Positions 7,622 through 14,421 of a stretch of DNA of 64,000 nt are shown here, piece after piece; position 1 is the first letter of the stretch; each line of letters begins with the position of its first letter. The translations under genes were made by a program, and so were the position numbers. Source of the DNA: Escherichia phage A4; sequence record ON286972; one strand, given 5' to 3'. The notes below the pieces were generated by a model. The model did no database searches. It had not been told where the DNA came from and was given only the letters and a program-made list of their open reading frames with translations.

Positions 7622-8689
7622 ATGTATAAATTTTATTTTAATGAAAATAACGAGAAGGTATATTTCCATGAAGAATTAGGTATGCGTTTCGAATGGATGC
7701 GTCCCGAAGATTTATCACCAAAATTAATTAAAACATCAAAAACACCTAAAGAACATTTTGATGAAATAATAGAAAAAGGATATAATATTTTAGGATTTGC
7801 TATAACATCAAGTGATGAATGGAAATCTAGTTTTACAAGAACTGTTGTTGAAAAAGATGGTATTATATATACAAAAAGAAATATAAATGATATAAAAACG
7901 AAAGGTATGAAATATATCATTGGGAAATATGACAATGAAAATTATAGATATTATCTTTATAAGACTTCAAAAAGTCTAATGACTGGTGAATGTGAATTAC
8001 TTTTAGAACAACCAATAATTAAAGATAAAAGAACCAAATTAACTTATAAATGCTTAAAATGTGGTCACGTTGATGAAATGGAAATTAGTAATATACAAAG
8101 TGGTCAGGGTTGCTCTATTTGTCGATTTGAAAAAACCAGATTAGCACACGCATTCACCACCGCTGAATTTGTTGAACGAGCAAAAGAAATTCATGGTAAT
8201 GTATATAACTATTCAAAAGTCATCTACATTAATAGTAGCACTCATGTTGAAATAATTTGTAAAAAACATAATAATTCTTTTTATATCATTCCAAATTTTC
8301 ATATAGCAAAAAATAAAAATCAAGGTTGCCCAATATGCTCATCTGAACATACTGAATCCAGAGCTAGTAGAGAAATAACACGTTTTTTAATTGAAAATGG
8401 TATAAAATTTAATAAAGAACAAACATTTAGTGACTGTAAAAATAAAATGTTATTAAGATTTGATTTTTATTTGGTTGATTATGATATTTGTATTGAGTAT
8501 GATGGTAAACAACATTTTGAGAAATCACCTCATTGGGGTGGAGAAGATAAATTGAAAAACATCAAGGATAACGATACTATAAAGACACAATATTGTGAAA
8601 AGAATTTTATTAAATTAATACGTGTAACATATTATGAAGACCACTTAACTGTATTAAAAAAACATCTTTCAGAGGAAGGTATATTATGA
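7622..8689 (+). CDS. putative free-standing endonuclease (zinc-ribbon Cys pairs plus C-terminal PD-(D/E)xK Vsr/DUF559-like core)
   Basis: Several CxxC pairs (CLKCGH, GCSICR, GCPICS); C-terminal FDFYLVDYDICIEYDGKQHF...IKLIRV resembles the endonuclease core of Vsr/DUF559-type nucleases. Confidence 0.5.
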   Translation: MYKFYFNENNEKVYFHEELGMRFEWMRPEDLSPKLIKTSKTPKEHFDEIIEKGYNILGFAITSSDEWKSSFTRTVVEKDGIIYTKRNINDIKTKGMKYIIGKYDNENYRYYLYKTSKSLMTGECELLLEQPIIKDKRTKLTYKCLKCGHVDEMEISNIQSGQGCSICRFEKTRLAHAFTTAEFVERAKEIHGNVYNYSKVIYINSSTHVEIICKKHNNSFYIIPNFHIAKNKNQGCPICSSEHTESRASREITRFLIENGIKFNKEQTFSDCKNKMLLRFDFYLVDYDICIEYDGKQHFEKSPHWGGEDKLKNIKDNDTIKTQYCEKNFIKLIRVTYYEDHLTVLKKHLSEEGIL

Positions 8690-9798
8690 AAAAGTATTTG
8701 GTGGGCGGCTATGTGAGGGACCGTTTAATGGGTATTCGTACAAAAGACAAAGATTATGTCATTGTCGGTGCTACCGAATCCGATATTAAGTACTTACAAA
8801 GTATTGGCTATAAGCAAGTAGGTAAGGATTTTCCCGTGTATCTAAGTCCAGAGGGTAATGAGCACGCATTGGCCCGTACCGAACGTAAAACTGGTACTGG
8901 TTACGGTGGCTTCGAAGTGAATACTAAAGGCGTGACACTAGAGCAAGATCTATACAGAAGGGATATTACGGTAAATAGCATAGCGTATGATCCAGTACTG
9001 CAAATTCACATCGACCCATACGGTGGTAAAGCTGATATCAAGAATAAAGTACTACGCCATGTATCCGAGCACTTCAAAGAAGATCCATTACGTGTATTAC
9101 GTCTAGCTCGCTTTGCTACGCGTTATTCTGATTTCTCTATACACGAGACTACTGAAGCACTTGCAATCGATATGGTAGCGTCTGGTGAGCTAAATCACCT
9201 TGTTCCAGACCGTGTTTATGTTGAATTTGAAAAAGCACTGTCAGAAGAAAAGCCAGCTAAGTTCCTTAAAACACTAAGTAAGTTGGGTTACTATGAAAAA
9301 GCATTTAATGCAACATTAACCAAAAAGTCATTGGAACTCATTGATCATATCTCTGATAATTGTACTGAAGCATATAAGCCATATTTCTTATGGTCTGTGC
9401 TTCTTGAGAAAGAAGAAGTTGGTGAGGATTCAGTACTGAATGGTGCTATTAAAATGCCCGTTAAGTACGTTAAATTCAGTAATTACATCAAACGTTTCCG
9501 TGATGATATCAAGGCATTCCGTAAAAAGACCCCAAATGAAATGGGACAATTATTACTGGATATGAATATCAAGAATAACGGCGGTGAAGAATTCCTTTAC
9601 AAAGTACTGGAATATTTTATTCTACGTAAAGAGATTGATTTAGACCTTGAAGATTTAATCATTAAGGTATATGATCGTTACACTGATGTAGTACTTCCAG
9701 ATATTCAACAACTGGTAAAAGACGGTGAGTTAGAAGCATCTGAAATCCGTGATTTTGTTTCAGATTTACGTTGTGAAGCAATTCAACAAATGTTTTAA
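8686..9798 (+). CDS. cca: CCA-adding tRNA nucleotidyltransferase
   Basis: LVGGYVRD motif, DFPVYLSPEGNEHALARTERK matching E. coli Cca, RRDITVNS motif; 370 aa without the C-terminal HD domain. Confidence 0.9.
   Translation: MKKYLVGGYVRDRLMGIRTKDKDYVIVGATESDIKYLQSIGYKQVGKDFPVYLSPEGNEHALARTERKTGTGYGGFEVNTKGVTLEQDLYRRDITVNSIAYDPVLQIHIDPYGGKADIKNKVLRHVSEHFKEDPLRVLRLARFATRYSDFSIHETTEALAIDMVASGELNHLVPDRVYVEFEKALSEEKPAKFLKTLSKLGYYEKAFNATLTKKSLELIDHISDNCTEAYKPYFLWSVLLEKEEVGEDSVLNGAIKMPVKYVKFSNYIKRFRDDIKAFRKKTPNEMGQLLLDMNIKNNGGEEFLYKVLEYFILRKEIDLDLEDLIIKVYDRYTDVVLPDIQQLVKDGELEASEIRDFVSDLRCEAIQQMF
9429..9440. repeat. 12-bp palindrome TTCAGTACTGAA (14-bp ATTCAGTACTGAAT)
   Basis: Inside cca, in the D-S-V-L-N frame. 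Confidence 0.8.
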
Positions 9799-9804
9799 AA
9801 CTCT

Positions 9805-9832
9805 GGGACAAGAGAACGACTTCTGATATAAT
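9805..9832 (+). promoter_or_regulatory. sigma70-like early promoter upstream of the NUDIX gene
   Basis: GGGACA, 16-bp spacer, TGaTATAAT. Confidence 0.5.
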
Positions 9833-9884
9833 AATTGTATCTGGGCATCATTGCTATTAAGAGATAAGATTATGCGTTATAGTT

Positions 9885-10301
9885 GTGGCATTATATTTTA
9901 TCGTGATGGTCAGATACTTGTTGGACACACAACACGGACAGAAGCATTGGGATTTACCAAAAGGTAAAACCGAGGGCAATGAAACATTTGCTGAAGCTGC
10001 TGTTCGTGAGTGCTATGAAGAAACAGGATTTGAGATTGATGAAAAGGATCTTCTCTTATTAGGTGATGTATCATACAGGAAAGGGAAAAGATTAGTTTTA
10101 TTTTTCTATACAGCTAAATACAAACCCGAACCGGATGAACTGAAGTGTAACAGTACTTATACCAATCGATATGGTAAAAGCCATCCAGAATTGGATAAAT
10201 TCATGTACATTGATGTTCAAGATTGTCAAAAGTATTTGACCGAACGAATGTGTAACAGTATAATTAAAGCTGTTAAATTGTTTCAAAAAAATAAAGGATA
10301 G
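9885..10301 (+). CDS. NUDIX hydrolase, apparently frameshifted (N-terminal strand encoded in another frame from ATG 9872)
   Basis: Nudix box GKTEGNETFAEAAVRECYEETGFE; track ORF begins at GTG 9885, while ATG 9872 opens a 31-codon frame (MRYSCGIIFYRDGQILVGHTT...) that looks like the missing N-terminus. Confidence 0.55.
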   Translation: MALYFIVMVRYLLDTQHGQKHWDLPKGKTEGNETFAEAAVRECYEETGFEIDEKDLLLLGDVSYRKGKRLVLFFYTAKYKPEPDELKCNSTYTNRYGKSHPELDKFMYIDVQDCQKYLTERMCNSIIKAVKLFQKNKG

Positions 10302-10305
10302 TTAT

Positions 10306-10554
10306 ATGAAAGTGAAAATTTATGGTCGCACGACTGGTTGTAATTTCTGTGATACAGCAAAAGCAATTTGTGAGAACAATTCATTTGAAATGGATTTTAT
10401 CGATGTGGTTTCTGAAGGTATTGATGGTGCTAAACTATCAGAAATTTGCGGTGAGCCAGTTCGTCAAGTTCCACAAATTTTCGTAAATGATGAGTATGTT
10501 CCTGGTGGATGTACTGGTTTTGTTAACGGGCTAAAAGAAGGTCGCTGGAACTAA
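10306..10554 (+). CDS. nrdC: glutaredoxin/thioredoxin-like protein (T4 NrdC-like)
   Basis: 82 aa, CNFC redox motif near the N-terminus, PQIFVNDEYVPGG resembling the glutaredoxin cis-Pro region. Confidence 0.8.
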   Translation: MKVKIYGRTTGCNFCDTAKAICENNSFEMDFIDVVSEGIDGAKLSEICGEPVRQVPQIFVNDEYVPGGCTGFVNGLKEGRWN

Positions 10555-10793
10555 TGAATATCGATAAGGTATCATCACGAGCACGTGCATTGGCTGACAG
10601 TTTGGGAGTTAAATTTGAAACTCCAGATATCAACCAATCAAAACAAAAAGCTCAAAAGAAAATTCATGAAATGAAAGAATACACATCAAGACGTGAAGAA
10701 TACGATGCTGCTATTTCTCACATTATTGAAGTGTTTAGTAAAGATGATATTTTAGCATTTATTGCTTCACATGAGGTTGTAAAAAACCCCTAA
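10554..10793 (+). CDS. hypothetical protein
   Basis: 79-aa ORF, ATG overlapping the preceding stop. Confidence 0.5.
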   Translation: MNIDKVSSRARALADSLGVKFETPDINQSKQKAQKKIHEMKEYTSRREEYDAAISHIIEVFSKDDILAFIASHEVVKNP

Positions 10794-10843
10794 ATAATAT
10801 TGAAGAACAACAAGTTCTTCTTAACAATTTGGGAGATACTATT

Positions 10844-11086
10844 ATGCTCAGTTTTCGTGAACAATTAGCAAAAGGTCAATTTCAGACTAAAGCTCAAACA
10901 AATATTCCTAAAAAATCTGCATTCTTAGGAACAATTACGGAAGATGGTTATTGTGACTTCAATCCACCAGAAGATAGCTGGTATATTGAAAAAGACACAA
11001 AACGTAGTAATAGACTTCACAAAAGTACAATAGCAAGAAAGCATCGAAAAGAATTGAAGAAAATTCGTTTCGGTGAAGAAGAATAA
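10844..11086 (+). CDS. hypothetical protein
   Basis: ATG at 10844 with GGAG upstream (track starts at TTG 10829); basic C-terminus. Confidence 0.45.
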   Translation: MLSFREQLAKGQFQTKAQTNIPKKSAFLGTITEDGYCDFNPPEDSWYIEKDTKRSNRLHKSTIARKHRKELKKIRFGEEE

Positions 11087-11097
11087 CCTAATAATAT

Positions 11098-11130
11098 AAA
11101 GGACTTGAGATTATCGAGTCCTTTTCTTTT
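11098..11130 (+). terminator. rho-independent terminator
   Basis: GGACTTGA / TCGAGTCC stem (one G-U), 5-nt loop, TTTTCTTTT tail. Confidence 0.55.
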
Positions 11131-11140
11131 CGGAGAACAC

Positions 11141-11617
11141 ATGATACATGAACATCACGGAAATCTGTTTGAATTATTCAGTACTGTAACTGATGATCAT
11201 ACTGCATTACATATTATAGCTCATGGTTGTAATGCTCAAGGTAAAATGGGTTCTGGTTTTGCAAAAGAACTCAGAATGCAGTACCCAAAGGCATATGATG
11301 ATTATAAAGAATATGAAAAGAGAATGGGTTTTCTAAGAACCGGACAAATTGCATATTCAGCAATTAATGATGATTTGATTATCGCAAACTGCATTACTCA
11401 AAAATGGTACGGAACTGATGGTGCAAAATACGTAAGCTATGATGCCATTGATGACGTTTTCATGCATTTGAATTTTTTCTGTAAAATTGAACGAAATGTT
11501 CATGTACACTTTCCGAAAATTGGAGCCGATTTGGGCGGTGGTAACTGGAACGTTATCAAAGAAATCATTGACCACAGGCTGGTTAATGCTGAAAAACATT
11601 TATATATTCTCAAATAA
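11141..11617 (+). CDS. macro domain protein (OARD1/TARG1-like, Macro_2 type)
   Basis: LHIIAHGCNAQGKMGSGFAKEL and HFPKIGADLGGGNW parallel TARG1 LAHCISEDCRMGAGIAVLF and MPRIGCGLDRLQW; ATG 11141 follows a terminator hairpin (track TTG start 11105 lies inside the hairpin). Confidence 0.7.
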   Translation: MIHEHHGNLFELFSTVTDDHTALHIIAHGCNAQGKMGSGFAKELRMQYPKAYDDYKEYEKRMGFLRTGQIAYSAINDDLIIANCITQKWYGTDGAKYVSYDAIDDVFMHLNFFCKIERNVHVHFPKIGADLGGGNWNVIKEIIDHRLVNAEKHLYILK

Positions 11618-11636
11618 ACAAAAGGACTTGACAAAA

Positions 11637-11945
11637 ATGACTATTACCGTTAAACTACTAAACATCAACAACGTTGGCCCAGTACTAGCAGTTCTACAAA
11701 CCGATGCTCCAGAAGCAGTAGTAGTTAACTACCCAGCACAGCTAGGTACTGACGAAAAAGGTGAAATCATTCTACGTGATTATCTAGAATTTATTAGTTC
11801 AGAAAAAGGTGTTATTTTCTTCAAATCTAACATCATCAGTATCAGTGATGCAAACCCTGCACTGGTTGATGCTTATGTTGAAGCAATTAAGACTCTAGAA
11901 GATAAGCCAGCGTTGATTGTCCCTGACAACAAAATCATCCTATAA
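11637..11945 (+). CDS. hypothetical protein
   Basis: ATG at 11637 with AAAGGA upstream; the track ORF start 11487 overlaps the macro gene. Confidence 0.5.
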   Translation: MTITVKLLNINNVGPVLAVLQTDAPEAVVVNYPAQLGTDEKGEIILRDYLEFISSEKGVIFFKSNIISISDANPALVDAYVEAIKTLEDKPALIVPDNKIIL

Positions 11946-11957
11946 TAGAGGTATAAA

Positions 11958-12335
11958 ATGGCTGCTAATGAAGTGAAAGCAAAAACTATTCAAGCTATCG
12001 TAGTACTGAAAGGTAAAACCCCATCACCAAAAGAATTGGTTATGGCTGGCATGACTATGCTACATCAGTACAACCCAGCATCCCCTAACTATGTTCAAGA
12101 ATATGAAGCCAAACAGTTTAAAGCTCATTGGGATTCATGGATTAAAGACAATGAACTGGAACAAGTTGTCTATGAAGCAGATGACATGGATGAAATGATG
12201 CAGATTGAATATCTTGCGAATCAGCAGTCAGTACCACTAAGTATGTTTGGTAATGGGGAAGAGGTTCTAGTACTCGGCCCCTTCACTAAAAAAGATATTG
12301 AACACATTGTCACTAACTGTACAAAGATAAGTTAG
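11958..12335 (+). CDS. hypothetical protein
   Basis: 125-aa ORF with RBS. Confidence 0.5.
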   Translation: MAANEVKAKTIQAIVVLKGKTPSPKELVMAGMTMLHQYNPASPNYVQEYEAKQFKAHWDSWIKDNELEQVVYEADDMDEMMQIEYLANQQSVPLSMFGNGEEVLVLGPFTKKDIEHIVTNCTKIS

Positions 12336-12547
12336 TGAGCGATCATCTTTTAACAGGTGTTTATAATCATAAATTAATAGTCGGGAATACTCATTACTGG
12401 ATTGAGCCAAATCAAGACTATATAATATACTATCATGATGGGAAACATATATATTCAGTTAGTATATTTGGTTTCCTTGATATGATAGATACTGAACACT
12501 TTGTTAACTTAGTTTATTTGCGTTGTTGGTACGATAGACTAAGCTAA
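12335..12547 (+). CDS. hypothetical protein
   Basis: 70-aa ORF with GTG start overlapping the previous stop. Confidence 0.3.
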   Translation: MSDHLLTGVYNHKLIVGNTHYWIEPNQDYIIYYHDGKHIYSVSIFGFLDMIDTEHFVNLVYLRCWYDRLS

Positions 12548-12553
12548 ATCAAT

Positions 12554-12598
12554 AGCACCTCTAAATAATGTATATAAACATTAAAGAGGTGCTTTTTT
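12554..12598 (+). terminator. hairpin with long loop followed by T-run
   Basis: AGCACCTCT / AGAGGTGCT 9-bp stem, 22-nt loop containing TATATAAA, then TTTTTT. Confidence 0.35.
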
Positions 12599-13390
12599 AT
12601 GTCATATGACTATATGGGTGGAAATCCAGATGCCCCAAATTACGATCACCGTGAAAAATTAAAAGATGTGATTACACAAATGTTGGGTGCTGGTGCTGTT
12701 GAAGTTGAAATTACTGATGGACAATTAGAAATCGCAATCGATAATGCGGTATCAAACTACAGAGCATGGAGTTCTGCATCAAAAGAAGAAGCTTTTTTAA
12801 GCATGAAATTCTATGATTCTCAATCAGTTTACATGCTACCAACTGAAGTAGAAATTGTTAAGAAAATTTATCGTTATGGTAATGGTTATTTGAGTTCTGG
12901 TAGTGGTAACTCGGTTGACCCATTTTCAATTGCATTTACAAACACATATCTACTAACGTCTGCTCGCAACGCTGGTGGTTATGATTTAACAACCTATGAC
13001 TTCAGTTTCCAGTTTCAGGAATTAGTAGGTCGTATGTTTGGACGTGAGATTATTTTCCAGTTTAATCCCATGACTAAGAAACTGGTTATTGACCGTGATA
13101 TTCGCGGCACAGAAGAAGTACTGGTTCATGTGTATCATAACATCCCAGAACCACTACTATTCCAACGTCAAATGAGTTATCCGTGGCTTCGTGATTGGGC
13201 TTTATCGGAAGCGATGATTATGTTAGGTCGCAACCGTGCTAAGTTTGCTTCTTTGCCTGGACCACAAGGAACATTTTCAATGGATGGTGATACACTTCGT
13301 AATGAAGGTATGCAACTCCAGGAACAACTTAAAGAACAGTTGAAGAGATACAAAGATGGTGGTGAACCACTTGGTATGATTATTGGTTAA
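12599..13390 (+). CDS. hypothetical protein, possibly virion/tail-associated
   Basis: 263-aa ORF upstream of the dNMP kinase and tail sheath genes; followed by a strong terminator. Confidence 0.5.
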   Translation: MSYDYMGGNPDAPNYDHREKLKDVITQMLGAGAVEVEITDGQLEIAIDNAVSNYRAWSSASKEEAFLSMKFYDSQSVYMLPTEVEIVKKIYRYGNGYLSSGSGNSVDPFSIAFTNTYLLTSARNAGGYDLTTYDFSFQFQELVGRMFGREIIFQFNPMTKKLVIDRDIRGTEEVLVHVYHNIPEPLLFQRQMSYPWLRDWALSEAMIMLGRNRAKFASLPGPQGTFSMDGDTLRNEGMQLQEQLKEQLKRYKDGGEPLGMIIG

Positions 13391-13400
13391 AATAAAAAAA

Positions 13401-13425
13401 AGACTCCATGTTGGGGTCTTTTTTC
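13401..13425 (+). terminator. rho-independent terminator
   Basis: AGACTCCA / TGGGGTCT stem, 3-nt loop, TTTTTT tail. Confidence 0.6.
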
Positions 13426-13440
13426 ATATACGGTGATATA

Positions 13441-13698
13441 ATGACAATTGAATATGCAAAATTCAGATGTGGAAAATTAAGCGACAATTATTTCGAATCA
13501 GAACAGTACTGGCGATTTATCAAAAATGCATTAGTAGATGTATTCACCAGGGATGTAATTAACGCATGGGCAAGTATATGCAGGGATGATAATGGAAAAA
13601 CATTTTATGTTGTATATGTGTCAGTATACAACGGTAATGAAACTATTATTGATATAGTTAGAAGCTTAGTTGGTGATGAATATATGAAGGAAGTGTAA
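13441..13698 (+). CDS. hypothetical protein
   Basis: ATG at 13441 just after the terminator (track start 13408 lies inside the hairpin). Confidence 0.4.
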   Translation: MTIEYAKFRCGKLSDNYFESEQYWRFIKNALVDVFTRDVINAWASICRDDNGKTFYVVYVSVYNGNETIIDIVRSLVGDEYMKEV

Positions 13699-13700
13699 CT

Positions 13701-14327
13701 ATGGAAAGAAAAATCGTAGCCATCAATGGCTCAATAGGAAGTGGTAAAGATACATACGCTAAAACATTCATCGATAATGGATATACCCGTATGTCGTTTG
13801 CAAAGAACCTGAAAGATTCAGTTGCAGCTATTTTTGGCTGGGACAGGGAAATGCTAGAAGGAACTACTAAAGAAGGTCGTGCTATTCGTGAACAACCGGA
13901 TCAGTACTGGTGTAATAAATTAGGACGTGATGATGTTTCACCACGTTGGGTACTGCAAAATTACGGTACTAATGTAGTTCGTCGTTATTTGCATAATGAC
14001 ATTTGGGTATTCAGTTTAGAACGTTCTATGATGGAAATAGAAGGTAACATTATCATTACTGATTGTCGTTTTCCAAATGAATTGAAAATGATTCGTGAAA
14101 ATAACGGTATCATCATTGAAGTTCAACGCAATTTACCATTCTGGTATGGTCTAGCAGCATCATACAATAAAGGTGATATCCAAATGAAACCAGTTGAACT
14201 GGAATCAGTACATGAATCTGAATGGGCATGGATTGGTATTAACAACCCACATTATATTATCAAGAATAATGGAACTATAAAAGACCTAGAAAACAAAGCA
14301 CTGGATATTATTTATACGAAAAACTGA
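13701..14327 (+). CDS. P-loop nucleotide kinase, T4 gp1 dNMP kinase-like
   Basis: N-terminal P-loop AINGSIGSGKDT and size/arrangement similar to phage dNMP kinases. Confidence 0.6.
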   Translation: MERKIVAINGSIGSGKDTYAKTFIDNGYTRMSFAKNLKDSVAAIFGWDREMLEGTTKEGRAIREQPDQYWCNKLGRDDVSPRWVLQNYGTNVVRRYLHNDIWVFSLERSMMEIEGNIIITDCRFPNELKMIRENNGIIIEVQRNLPFWYGLAASYNKGDIQMKPVELESVHESEWAWIGINNPHYIIKNNGTIKDLENKALDIIYTKN

Positions 14328-14363
14328 TAAAAAATCAATTAGCTCAAGTCAATTAAATCCACC

Positions 14364-14371
14364 AATAAATA
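14364..14371 (+). promoter_or_regulatory. T4-late-promoter-like motif upstream of the sheath gene
   Basis: AATAAATA 50 bp before the ATG (T4 late consensus TATAAATA). Confidence 0.35.
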
Positions 14372-14421
14372 AGACTATACGAAATATATTCGAATAACCA
14401 ATTATTTTTGGAGGATTTAAT

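Noticed and set aside
11105-11140. TTG start proposed by the ORF track for the macro-domain gene
   Set aside because: It lies inside the terminator hairpin of the preceding gene; ATG 11141 with a GGAG RBS is the more plausible start.
13408-13440. ATG at 13408 as start of the 13408-13698 ORF
   Set aside because: It sits within the terminator stem of the upstream gene; ATG 13441 is used instead.
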